From Bacilli bacterium (GTDB lineage: Bacteria > Bacillota_I > Bacilli_A > ML615J-28 > CAG-313), in assembly GCA_017398545.1 (NCBI GenBank), contig JAFQFT010000004.1, positions 34,704-98,703 of the forward strand: 64,000 bases of DNA, given 5' to 3'. Shown one piece after another: positions 36,376-44,778 of this stretch. Within the stretch, counting starts at the first letter, position 1; the number at the start of each line of letters is the position of its first letter. Below the pieces are notes generated by a model that saw nothing but the letters and a program-made list of their open reading frames with translations, was not told the origin of the DNA and ran no database searches. Both the position numbers and the translations under genes were made by a program.

Positions 36376-37542
36376 ATGGGTCAAAATATTAATAAAGATT
36401 TAAAAAATGAAATTCATTTTAAAGAATTATCACAAGTTGAACAAGAAAAAGTACAATTAAAGAAGAAAATAAAGGCCTATATTGGTGTTATTTTAGGAAC
36501 TATTATTTATAGTGTCGGAGTTGTATGGATTCTTCGTCTTGGTGGATTTTTCTCTGGTGGAGCAACAGGTGCTTCACAATTAATTGTTGGACTATTTGAA
36601 AAGTTTAATCCAGGTGCTAATATTACAAAATTTATGTCTAATAATTTAGGGACGTTTATTTTGCTAATTAATATACCTTTGTTTTTGCTAGGATGGCGTG
36701 GTGTTAGTAAACATTTTGTTATTTTAACTGCTGTATCGATTATATTACAAACTGTTATTATGAACCTTTTATCAATGTATACAATTAGTCCGTTTGTACT
36801 TTTAGTTCAAGATGGTGCTATTCAAGGTCTTGTTAATGGTTATAATGAAACGACATTAGAAACCTATGGTGTTACAAGGGAAATTATGGAGTTTTTAAAA
36901 GTTGATAGTACTGATTTGATTGATATTATTAGAAGCGGTCATTTTAATATTTATAAAAGTGATTTAGCTTATCAAGCACAAAGTTTCTTTAGTGCTCATA
37001 TGTCAACTGGTACAAGATTGTTACTGGCAGTTATTGGTGGATTTGTATGTGGACTTGGTGCTGCTATATGTCTAAAATCTGGTGGTTCTACTGGTGGTAT
37101 GGATATTGTTGCTAACTATTTACAAGTAAAAAAACAATTACCATTTACGAAAATTCAAAGTACTGTAGATACTGTTATTATTTTATCATCAGTTATTGTT
37201 AGTGTTGAAAATGTATTATTTACGCTTGTTAGACTTGTTGTTTATATGACGACTATTGATAGAGTATATAAAACATATAAAACTAATCGTATTGAAATTG
37301 TAACATCTAAGCCAGAAGAGTTACGTGTAGCACTTCTTACTTATCTTGGACATGGTCTTACAATATATCAATGTGTAGGTGGTTTTACTAATAGCCAAAA
37401 AGCTACAATCGTTGTTTATGCTTCTAGTTTTGAAACTCCTCTATATGTTGAGGCAGTAAAAGAAGTTGATCCTAAAGCATTTATTTCTGTTACAAAAACA
37501 TTGATGATTAAAGGAAATTATGTTCAAAAAACAATAAACTAA
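36376..37542 (+). CDS. YitT-family membrane protein (DUF2179 C-terminal domain)
   Basis: Multiple TM segments with GG-rich motifs. The soluble C-terminal ~80 aa is typical of YitT/DUF2179. Confidence 0.6.
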   Translation: MGQNINKDLKNEIHFKELSQVEQEKVQLKKKIKAYIGVILGTIIYSVGVVWILRLGGFFSGGATGASQLIVGLFEKFNPGANITKFMSNNLGTFILLINIPLFLLGWRGVSKHFVILTAVSIILQTVIMNLLSMYTISPFVLLVQDGAIQGLVNGYNETTLETYGVTREIMEFLKVDSTDLIDIIRSGHFNIYKSDLAYQAQSFFSAHMSTGTRLLLAVIGGFVCGLGAAICLKSGGSTGGMDIVANYLQVKKQLPFTKIQSTVDTVIILSSVIVSVENVLFTLVRLVVYMTTIDRVYKTYKTNRIEIVTSKPEELRVALLTYLGHGLTIYQCVGGFTNSQKATIVVYASSFETPLYVEAVKEVDPKAFISVTKTLMIKGNYVQKTIN

Positions 37543-37549
37543 TATTGAA

Positions 37550-37576
37550 GTAGTCCCTAGGTTGGGGCTACTTTTT
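37550..37576 (+). terminator. Intrinsic terminator
   Basis: GTAGTCCC / GGGGCTAC stem plus a T5 run. Confidence 0.75.
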
Positions 37577-37601
37577 ACTGTAAAATAATAGTGCCATTTC
37601 T

Positions 37602-37630
37602 TTGACTTTTCTTTTATATAAGAGTATAAT
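37602..37630 (+). promoter_or_regulatory. rplM-rpsI promoter
   Basis: -35 TTGACT (37602-37607), 17-nt spacer, -10 TATAAT (37625-37630). Confidence 0.7.
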
Positions 37631-37636
37631 ATATAC

Positions 37637-37717
37637 GATACATTAGTCGATGAGACTTTAAATCCCACAAAATGCCCTTCAAATGAAGAAAATTAATTTT
37701 TATGGAGGAATAAAACA
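37637..37717 (+). promoter_or_regulatory. 5' leader of rplM-rpsI (possible L13-leader-type autoregulatory RNA)
   Basis: About 80 nt of untranslated leader lies between the predicted TSS and the start codon. Bacilli carry an L13 leader at this position. I did not verify the structure. Confidence 0.3.
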
Positions 37718-38164
37718 ATGCGTTCTACATTTATGAACACAACAGAACAAGCTAGAGCAGATCGTAAATGGTATGTTATCGATGCGACTGATTTAGTTTT
37801 AGGCCGTTTATCAACAGCGGTTGCAACAGTATTAAGAGGAAAACACAAACCAACATTTACTCCACATATTGATGGTGGCGATTATGTTATCGTTATTAAT
37901 GCTGAAAAGGTTGCTTTAACAGGCAATAAATTACAAGACAAAAAATACTATCGTCATAGCCACTACGCTGGTGGTTTAAAAGAAAGAACTGCTCAAGAAA
38001 CACTTGATCAATATCCTGAAAAAGTTATTGAATTTGCAGTTAAAGGAATGTTACCAAAAGGTAAATTAGGTGCAGATATGTACCGTCGTCTTTATGTGTA
38101 TGCTGGTCCTAATCATGAACAAGCTGCTCAAAAGCCTGAAGCATTCCCATTAGAAGTAAAGTAG
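37718..38164 (+). CDS. rplM: 50S ribosomal protein L13
   Basis: [17 protein letters not shown]...HKPTFTPH motif block. Confidence 0.97.
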   Translation: MRSTFMNTTEQARADRKWYVIDATDLVLGRLSTAVATVLRGKHKPTFTPHIDGGDYVIVINAEKVALTGNKLQDKKYYRHSHYAGGLKERTAQETLDQYPEKVIEFAVKGMLPKGKLGADMYRRLYVYAGPNHEQAAQKPEAFPLEVK

Positions 38165-38178
38165 GAGGAGAGTAGAAC

Positions 38179-38571
38179 ATGGCAGTAACACAATATGCAG
38201 CAACTGGTCGTCGTAAAAGCTCAGTTGCAAGAGTACGTTTAGTTCCTGGTAACGGTAAATTCGTTATTAATGGTCGTAATTTTGCTGAATACATTACTTC
38301 TGCAGCTATCCGTTTAGACGTTTTACAACCATTAACACTTACTGACACTGGCAGTCAATATGATGTTTATGTTAACGTTAACGGTGGTGGTGTGTCTGGA
38401 CAAGCTGGTGCAATCCGTTTAGGTATTGCTCGTGCATTATTACTAGTAAATCCTGATTTCCGTGGTCCATTAAAGAAAGCTGGCTTATTAACTCGTGATT
38501 CTCGTTCTGTTGAACGTAAGAAATACGGTCTTAAAAAAGCTCGTCGTTCACCACAATTCTCAAAGCGTTAG
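38179..38571 (+). CDS. rpsI: 30S ribosomal protein S9
   Basis: [12 protein letters not shown] ... C-terminal [12 protein letters not shown]. Confidence 0.97.
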   Translation: MAVTQYAATGRRKSSVARVRLVPGNGKFVINGRNFAEYITSAAIRLDVLQPLTLTDTGSQYDVYVNVNGGGVSGQAGAIRLGIARALLLVNPDFRGPLKKAGLLTRDSRSVERKKYGLKKARRSPQFSKR

Positions 38572-38602
38572 TCATTATTGGCTATTTATGCGATTGTTAT
38601 TT

Positions 38603-38636
38603 AAGACCACAAACACATGTTTGTGGTCTTATTTAA
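38603..38636 (+). terminator. Intrinsic terminator after rpsI
   Basis: Perfect 12-bp stem AAGACCACAAAC / GTTTGTGGTCTT. Confidence 0.8.
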
Positions 38637-38689
38637 TTTAAATATTTTGTTATTTTAAGTCGATTATTAAAAAAGATAAGGAGATACAT

Positions 38690-40042
38690 ATGTTTGATTC
38701 AAAAAATATTAAAATTTATAATTCACTTACTAATCAGTTAGAACAGTTTGTTCCATTAAAAGAAAATGAAATATCGATGTATGTATGTGGACCTACGGTA
38801 TATAATCATATGCATATCGGTAATGCACGTCCAGTTATCTTTTTTGATACTGTGAAAAGATTCTTTAAGCATATTGGTTATAAAGTTACTTATGCGTCTA
38901 ATTTCACAGATATTGATGATAAGATTATTAAAGCAGCACTTTCTGAAGGCGTAAGTGAAGATGTTATTACTACAAGATATATTAAGGCATTTTTAGATGC
39001 TTGTGAAGCAGTTGGATGTGAAATGGATGTTATTCGTCCAAAAGTTACGGAAAATATTCCTGCTATTTTAGAATTTATTGAGAAGTTAGTAGATAATGGT
39101 AATGCTTATGTATCTGGTGATGATGTATATTTTAAAGTAAGTAGTGATCCAAAATATGGTGTATTAAGTAATCAAAAATTAGATGAACTAGAACTAGGTG
39201 CTAGAATTGATGTAAATGAAGGTAAACTTGATCCGCGTGATTTTACATTATGGAAGAAAACTAGTGATATAGGTAAAAAATGGGATAGTGCTTTTGGTAG
39301 TGGTAGACCTGGTTGGCATACTGAATGCGTGGTAATGATTCGTAAAATTTTTGGTGGTTTAATTGATATTCATGGTGGTGGAACAGATCTTAGATTCCCA
39401 CATCATGAGAATGAAATTGCTCAAAATTATTGTTTGCATAATGATTATTTAGCTAATTATTGGGTTCATAATGCAAGACTTGATTTACGCGGTGAGAAGA
39501 TGAGTAAGTCACTTGGTAATGTTGTTTGGTTAAAAGATATTATTAAAGAGTATCATCCGAATGCTTTTAGACTTGCGATTCTTGCTAATCATTATCGTCA
39601 GGTAATTAATTATCAAGATGATATGATGCGTCAAATGCAAGGTGAATGGGAAAAAATTGAGAAATTGTATGTTTCAGTATTTAGAAAATTAGAGTTACAA
39701 GATGCTCTTAATGATGGTGATGTGCTTGATGTGATGAATGAATTTTTAACAGAAATGGCATATGATTTTAATACTGCAAATGCGATTACTCATATGTATT
39801 CACTTATGAAAAAGATGAATGCTGATGTTAGAAGAAATGATTTAGGTGTTGATATTCTACAAAGTGAGTTTAAAACATTTAAAGATATGTTATATGTTTT
39901 AGGTATAAATGTTGATATTAATCCTTTATCAAATGAAGAAAAAACACTTGTAATTGATTGGCAAAATGCTCGTAAAAATAAGGACTTTGAAAAAGCTGAT
40001 GAGCTTAGAAATAAGATTAATGAATTAGGAATTAGATTATAA
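38690..40042 (+). CDS. cysS: Cysteinyl-tRNA synthetase
   Basis: MYVCGPTVYNHMHIGNARP and KMSKSLGN. From memory, the HIGN variant is common in Bacillota CysRS. Confidence 0.95.
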   Translation: MFDSKNIKIYNSLTNQLEQFVPLKENEISMYVCGPTVYNHMHIGNARPVIFFDTVKRFFKHIGYKVTYASNFTDIDDKIIKAALSEGVSEDVITTRYIKAFLDACEAVGCEMDVIRPKVTENIPAILEFIEKLVDNGNAYVSGDDVYFKVSSDPKYGVLSNQKLDELELGARIDVNEGKLDPRDFTLWKKTSDIGKKWDSAFGSGRPGWHTECVVMIRKIFGGLIDIHGGGTDLRFPHHENEIAQNYCLHNDYLANYWVHNARLDLRGEKMSKSLGNVVWLKDIIKEYHPNAFRLAILANHYRQVINYQDDMMRQMQGEWEKIEKLYVSVFRKLELQDALNDGDVLDVMNEFLTEMAYDFNTANAITHMYSLMKKMNADVRRNDLGVDILQSEFKTFKDMLYVLGINVDINPLSNEEKTLVIDWQNARKNKDFEKADELRNKINELGIRL

Positions 40043-40043
40043 A

Positions 40044-40427
40044 ATGAAATATAATTTACTTAATGGAGCTAATTTATCTTATATAGGTGATGCTTATTAC
40101 GAGTTAGAAATTAGGAAATATTTGATTGGCAAAAATATTACTAAAAGTAAAGAATTAATTGATTTAAGTATTAAATTTGTTAGTGCAAGTGCACATGCGT
40201 ATATTTTTGAAAATATAAAAGATGAATTAACAGAAGAAGAAATGAATGTTTTTACAAGAGGTCGTAATGCTACTTCTAAAGGTCATCGTAAGAATGTAAA
40301 TCGATTAGAACATGCGATTTCAAGTGGATTTGAGGCTGTTATTGGGTTTTTATATTTAAAAGAAGATTATAATAGATTAGAGTATTTAATTAAAAAATCA
40401 ATAGAAATAGTGGAAAATAAAAAATGA
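40044..40427 (+). CDS. mrnC: Mini-ribonuclease 3 (YazC/MrnC)
   Basis: LSYIGDAYYELEIRKYL motif, 127 aa. Position between cysS and rlmB matches Bacillus. Confidence 0.85.
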   Translation: MKYNLLNGANLSYIGDAYYELEIRKYLIGKNITKSKELIDLSIKFVSASAHAYIFENIKDELTEEEMNVFTRGRNATSKGHRKNVNRLEHAISSGFEAVIGFLYLKEDYNRLEYLIKKSIEIVENKK

Positions 40428-41131
40428 TTATATATGGTAAAAATACAGTATTAGAAGCACTTAAAAATAATAAAGATATTGTTAAACTTTATGTTACTTC
40501 TAATAATTTAGATTTAGTTAAAAAATATACAACTAATAAAAAGCTTGAAGTTGTTGTATTAAATCCAAGAGAATTTGATAAAGTGTTTGATGGAAATCAT
40601 CAAGGAATAGCGTGTGAAATATGTGAATATTCTTATGTATCGCTTGACTATATTATCAAAAAAAATGAGGATAAAGAAGATGTTGCGCTTGTTATTTTAG
40701 ATGGGCTTGAAGATCCACACAATTTAGGTGCTATTTTGAGAACTGCTGATGCAACAGGAATAAATGGGGTAATTATTCCTAAAAATAGAAGTGTGAGTTT
40801 AAATTCTACGGTTGCAAAAGTATCAACAGGTGCGATTGAACATGTTGATTGTTGTCAAGTAACTAATTTAGTTAATGCAATGAATGATTTAAAAAAAGCT
40901 GGATATTGGATTATAGGGCTTGAACTTGATGGTAGCATTGATTATCGTAAACAAGATTATCGTGGAAAAATAGCTGTTGTTATTGGATCAGAGGGTAAAG
41001 GTATATCAAGACTTGTTAAAGAAAATTGTGATTTTAAAGTGTTTATTCCAATGGTTGGTCATGTGAATTCTTTAAATGCAAGTGTTTCTGCAAGTATCTT
41101 ATTTTATGAAATATTAAGAAATAGGGGTTAA
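40424..41131 (+). CDS. rlmB: SpoU-family 23S rRNA (guanosine-2'-O)-methyltransferase RlmB/YacO
   Basis: SpoU substrate-binding N-domain plus motifs LEDPHNLGAILRTA, GSEGKGIS and SLNASVSASI. Confidence 0.9.
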   Translation: MIIYGKNTVLEALKNNKDIVKLYVTSNNLDLVKKYTTNKKLEVVVLNPREFDKVFDGNHQGIACEICEYSYVSLDYIIKKNEDKEDVALVILDGLEDPHNLGAILRTADATGINGVIIPKNRSVSLNSTVAKVSTGAIEHVDCCQVTNLVNAMNDLKKAGYWIIGLELDGSIDYRKQDYRGKIAVVIGSEGKGISRLVKENCDFKVFIPMVGHVNSLNASVSASILFYEILRNRG

Positions 41132-41135
41132 AAAA

Positions 41136-41678
41136 GTGGAAAAAGGGGATTTTTATAAATATAATGATTATGAACTGCTTTATTTAGTTAGAACTAATGT
41201 TGAAGAAGCGAGAGAAATTTTGTTTTGGAAATATAGTTTTTTAATTAGATCAAGAATTAATCGTTTAGGTGTTCCTAGAATTTATTGGGATGATTACTAT
41301 CAAGAGGGGTGCTTGATGCTTCATAAAGCGATTAAAATTTATGATGAAAATAGCAAAAAAAGTTTTACTAAGTTTTTTGAACTTTTGTTAAATAGAAGAA
41401 TTCTTACACTTCTTAGAAAAGATTTAAGAGAATGTGAAATAGAGAAATTTGAAGATTTTGATGAATATCCTAATTTGATTGAAGAAAAAAATGTTAATTA
41501 TTTGTTTGAATCTGTTTTATCTGATCTTTCTGAAATGGAAAAAATAGCATATGAAAGACTTATTATGTGTAATGAAAAAGTAGAGAAAGTTGCTAAAGAG
41601 TTGGGGTTAAATCCAAAAAGTTTATCTAATGCAAAGCAAAGAACACTTAAGAAAATAAAAAAAGAAATTAATAAATAA
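41136..41678 (+). CDS. sigH: Sigma-70-family sigma factor, SigH-like by position
   Basis: GTG start. Region 2 (DDYYQEGCLMLHKAIKIYD) and region 4 HTH are present. It lies between rlmB and rpmG-secE-nusG as in Bacillus. The symbol rests mainly on synteny. Confidence 0.7.
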   Translation: MEKGDFYKYNDYELLYLVRTNVEEAREILFWKYSFLIRSRINRLGVPRIYWDDYYQEGCLMLHKAIKIYDENSKKSFTKFFELLLNRRILTLLRKDLRECEIEKFEDFDEYPNLIEEKNVNYLFESVLSDLSEMEKIAYERLIMCNEKVEKVAKELGLNPKSLSNAKQRTLKKIKKEINK

Positions 41679-41687
41679 TTATATCAT

Positions 41688-41716
41688 TTGACAAAAAGTT
41701 AATTTTTTGATAAAAT
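41688..41716 (+). promoter_or_regulatory. rpmG-secE-nusG promoter
   Basis: -35 TTGACA (41688-41693), 17-nt spacer, TGn-extended -10 TAAAAT (41711-41716). Confidence 0.7.
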
Positions 41717-41735
41717 TTATAGATAGGTGGTGTCT

Positions 41736-41885
41736 ATGAGAGAAAAAGTAATTTTAGTATGTGAAATTTGCTTATCCCGTAATTATACAACGAAGAAAAA
41801 TAAACTTAACACTACTGAACGTATGGAAATTAAAAAGTTCTGTCCTCGTTGTAATAAGCACACAATACATAAAGAAACAAAATAA
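41736..41885 (+). CDS. rpmG: 50S ribosomal protein L33 (absent from the ORF track because it is under 60 aa)
   Basis: SD GGTGG. Manual translation gives [49 protein letters not shown], with the two CxxC pairs typical of L33. Confidence 0.92.
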   Translation: MREKVILVCEICLSRNYTTKKNKLNTTERMEIKKFCPRCNKHTIHKETK

Positions 41886-41900
41886 AGGAGAAAAAATACA

Positions 41901-42299
41901 ATGGCTGTTAAAGAAGAAAAAAAGAATCGTGTCCTTCAAGCAATTTATCATGAATGGAAATATGAAAATCTAATTTTAGTTGTTTTAGCATTATTTGCTT
42001 TAGAATTAGGTGTATTATTATTAACTGGTGATTTAACTATCTCAGCTAATGCATTCTTAATTGGTGAATATTGGAAGGTATTTGCTTGGATTTTAGTTGG
42101 GTTAGGTGTTATTGCGTTATTACTTGCAGTAGCTTCATTCTATCGTCCATCTCTTGCTGAAATTAAACACGTAACAGGTTTAAAGAGAAAAGAATTCTTA
42201 GTAAATGTTATTACTGTTTTTGTTTTCATTTTAGTTATTGCTGGCTTAATTTTCGCATACGAATCAGTGATTACATTAGTAGAAAAAGCATTTAAATAG
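41901..42299 (+). CDS. secE: Preprotein translocase subunit SecE (three-TM form)
   Basis: Position between rpmG and nusG. The C-terminal block EIKHVTGLKRKEFLVNVITVFVFILVI matches the SecE signature (KV.WP.rkE plus TM). Two extra N-terminal TM helices. Confidence 0.75.
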   Translation: MAVKEEKKNRVLQAIYHEWKYENLILVVLALFALELGVLLLTGDLTISANAFLIGEYWKVFAWILVGLGVIALLLAVASFYRPSLAEIKHVTGLKRKEFLVNVITVFVFILVIAGLIFAYESVITLVEKAFK

Positions 42300-42311
42300 G
42301 AAAAATGGGTT

Positions 42312-42866
42312 ATGGCTGCAGATTTTGAAAATATGCGTGCTTGGTATGTAGTTCAAACATATTCTGGTATGGAATATGCGGCTAAGAGAAATCTTGATCG
42401 TCGTATTGTTTCTATGAATATGGAAAATTATATTTTCCAAGTATTAATTCCTGAAGAAAAACGTTATGAAAAGAAAAAGAACGGAGAATTAAAAGAAATC
42501 GTTGAAAGAATTTATCCTGGTTATTTATTTGTTGATATGATCGTAACTGATGATTCTTGGTGGGTTGTTAGAAATACACCGATGGTTTCTGGGTTCTTAG
42601 GTTCTAGTGGTGGTGGTGCAAAACCTGTTCCACTTCCAAATGATGAAATTATTCCAATCTTAAAACAATGTGGCCTTAAACTTGAAATACAAGTTGATTT
42701 CAAAGTTGGTGATGTTGTAAATGTTGTATCTGGAACATTTGCAGGTCAAGAAGCTACAGTTGAGTCGTTAGACGTTGAAAAACAAATGGTTACTGTTTTA
42801 GTAGATTTCTTTGGGCGTCAAACTCCACAAGAGTTAAGATTTGATGAAATTGAAGTAATAAAGTAA
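42312..42866 (+). CDS. nusG: Transcription termination/antitermination factor NusG
   Basis: WYVVQTYSGME NGN domain and C-terminal KOW (FKVGDVVNVVSGTFAGQEATV). Confidence 0.96.
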   Translation: MAADFENMRAWYVVQTYSGMEYAAKRNLDRRIVSMNMENYIFQVLIPEEKRYEKKKNGELKEIVERIYPGYLFVDMIVTDDSWWVVRNTPMVSGFLGSSGGGAKPVPLPNDEIIPILKQCGLKLEIQVDFKVGDVVNVVSGTFAGQEATVESLDVEKQMVTVLVDFFGRQTPQELRFDEIEVIK

Positions 42867-42890
42867 GCGATGAGCTTACTTTTTATTTTT
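42861..42890 (+). terminator. Intrinsic terminator after nusG
   Basis: AAGTAAGC / GCTTACTT stem overlapping the stop codon, followed by TTTTATTTTT. Confidence 0.75.
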
Positions 42891-42959
42891 ATCTACTTAA
42901 TTACTTTTAAAAGTTTATTAAATATGTTATACTATTAGTGATTTTTAAGGAGGATGTTT

Positions 42960-43529
42960 ATGCAAAGTATTCCACAAATATATGATATAGCTAAGAACTT
43001 ATATGATAAAGTTATTAAATTTACGAATAAAATGTTTGAATTTATGGGTGATGAATATAATGTTTCAAAAGAACAAGTGTTAGGTGAGTTAGATCATTTT
43101 ATTCAAGCGATTTTATTTAGAGTAGCACTTGCTGATGATAGTTTATTAGATATTGAACTTAATTTTATTAAAGATATCGTTGAAAAAGATGATATGTTTA
43201 AGGATAATGAAATTACACATTTAAGAAATTTAAGTGATGAGAAGAAAAAAGAATATATAAATCAATGCAATGAGGTTTTAAATGTAGTTCCCGAATTTGT
43301 TAAATTATCTGTTTTATGTGATAAAAAAACTGATGCAATGTTAGAAGTAATAAGTCCAACATACTCTCAAAAAGCATTTGACTATTTAAAACGTCTTGCT
43401 AATTATTTAAAATTTATAGATGGATATGTTGCGGAAGAAGAAGATAAAACTGCGAAATTAGTTTTAGGTAGTGTTATTACATATTATAAAAAGAAATATG
43501 TTAAATATGCACCAAGTAGAAAAAAATAA
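42960..43529 (+). CDS. Hypothetical protein, possibly TerB-like
   Basis: ATG 42960 lies 6 nt after AAGGAGG. The ORF-track ATG 42954 abuts the SD. The segment RVALADDSLLDIELNFIKDI loosely resembles the TerB-type helical motif. Assignment is weak. Confidence 0.5.
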   Translation: MQSIPQIYDIAKNLYDKVIKFTNKMFEFMGDEYNVSKEQVLGELDHFIQAILFRVALADDSLLDIELNFIKDIVEKDDMFKDNEITHLRNLSDEKKKEYINQCNEVLNVVPEFVKLSVLCDKKTDAMLEVISPTYSQKAFDYLKRLANYLKFIDGYVAEEEDKTAKLVLGSVITYYKKKYVKYAPSRKK

Positions 43530-43543
43530 AAAGGAGAAAAAAT

Positions 43544-44530
43544 ATGGCTGTAATTGTTAAATATGAAGAAAAATTCTCTAAACAAATTTATGATTTATTC
43601 GTAAATGTTAGAGATGAAGAAGATTTTTTTAAAGAATTTTCTTATGAAGGATTTTGTGCCCATTTATTTAAGAGTGCTGCGTTTAATGAAGATGGAAGCT
43701 TTGTTGCGTTAGTTGGTGATGAAGTAGTTGGTTTTGCAAGTAGTATGGTAAGACCTATGGATGATGGAAATGAAAAAGCATCAGCTTATTTACATACTTT
43801 CTTTGTAAGAAAAGAAAATAGACGTCAAGGTATTGGTAGTGCTTTATTAAATAAAGTTGAAGAATTTGCTAAAGAAAAAGGAAGAAGCAGTGTAAGATTT
43901 GTATTTGTTGGACAAATCAATTGGCCTTGGTATATTCCAAATACTGATCATCATATGCATCCTGGTATGCCATGTGTTAGAATTAATAGTGATTTCTATA
44001 TCTTCTTATATCATCATGGCTATTATGTTAATAGCATTCATGAAGGATTCCATTTACCACTTGCAGAATATGAAATGCCTAAAAGTGTGGTAGAAAAAAT
44101 GGAAGAAAATGCTAAACGAGGGTTAACTGTTGAAATTTATGATCCAGCTAAACATTATGGAATTGATGAATTCTGTGAAGTTATTAATAATCCTGGTTTT
44201 GCAGCATCAATTAAAAATAATTTAAAACGTGAAAATCCATATCCTTTCTTAGTTGCATCTAATAATGGTAAAGTAGTAGGTTGGACAGGTGCTATGTATG
44301 TTGAACCAACAGGTCGTGGACATCTAGATGGTATCGTTGTAGATCCTAATGAAAGAAAAGCTGGTCTTGGTAAAGGATTATTCTGTAATTTATGTAAACA
44401 TTTAAAAGAAATGGGTGCAAGTTATATGACATTCTTTACTGGTCTTGATAATCCTGCTAGATTCATTTATTTAGGAGCTGGATTTCAAGTTGCACAAAGC
44501 TTTGCGGATATGAAAAAAGATTTAAAATAA
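43544..44530 (+). CDS. Tandem-domain GNAT-family N-acetyltransferase
   Basis: The first domain has the acetyl-CoA motif RRQGIGSALLNKVEEFAKEKG. The second has RKAGLGKGLFCNLCKHLKEMG. Confidence 0.75.
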   Translation: MAVIVKYEEKFSKQIYDLFVNVRDEEDFFKEFSYEGFCAHLFKSAAFNEDGSFVALVGDEVVGFASSMVRPMDDGNEKASAYLHTFFVRKENRRQGIGSALLNKVEEFAKEKGRSSVRFVFVGQINWPWYIPNTDHHMHPGMPCVRINSDFYIFLYHHGYYVNSIHEGFHLPLAEYEMPKSVVEKMEENAKRGLTVEIYDPAKHYGIDEFCEVINNPGFAASIKNNLKRENPYPFLVASNNGKVVGWTGAMYVEPTGRGHLDGIVVDPNERKAGLGKGLFCNLCKHLKEMGASYMTFFTGLDNPARFIYLGAGFQVAQSFADMKKDLK

Positions 44531-44531
44531 T

Positions 44532-44549
44532 TCGATAATTTTATAAAAT
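44532..44549 (+). repeat. 18-nt direct repeat, copy 1 (TCGATAATTTTATAAAAT)
   Basis: Exact copy at 44745-44762. Confidence 0.9.
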
Positions 44550-44563
44550 TTAAAACAATTAAA

Positions 44564-44598
44564 ATAGCACCAACTTATAAATAGGTGCTATTTTTTTG
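44564..44598 (+). terminator. Intrinsic terminator after the GNAT gene
   Basis: ATAGCACC / GGTGCTAT stem plus a T7 run. Confidence 0.8.
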
Positions 44599-44642
44599 TA
44601 GTGAAATTGTTACTAAATAATGATATGTTATATTAAAAATGC

Positions 44643-44680
44643 AAATGCAACCAATAATTGTCAAATAGTTGGTTGCATTT
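44643..44680. promoter_or_regulatory. Perfect 12-bp inverted repeat (operator or second hairpin)
   Basis: AAATGCAACCAA (44643-44654), a 14-nt loop, then TTGGTTGCATTT (44669-44680). Confidence 0.4.
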
Positions 44681-44744
44681 TGCTGATTAAATTGATAAAA
44701 TGTTGACATTAGATTATTGATTAAAGTGTATTTTCATTTAGAAA

Positions 44745-44762
44745 TCGATAATTTTATAAAAT
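44745..44762 (+). repeat. 18-nt direct repeat, copy 2
   Basis: Exact copy of 44532-44549. It ends at the SD of the following gene. Confidence 0.9.
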
Positions 44763-44778
44763 AAAGGAGGAAACTGAA

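Noticed and set aside
41761-41973. 70-aa ORF from the ORF track overlapping rpmG and secE.
   Set aside because: It is out of frame with, and largely overlaps, the clear L33 gene (41736-41885) and the start of secE. It has no SD.
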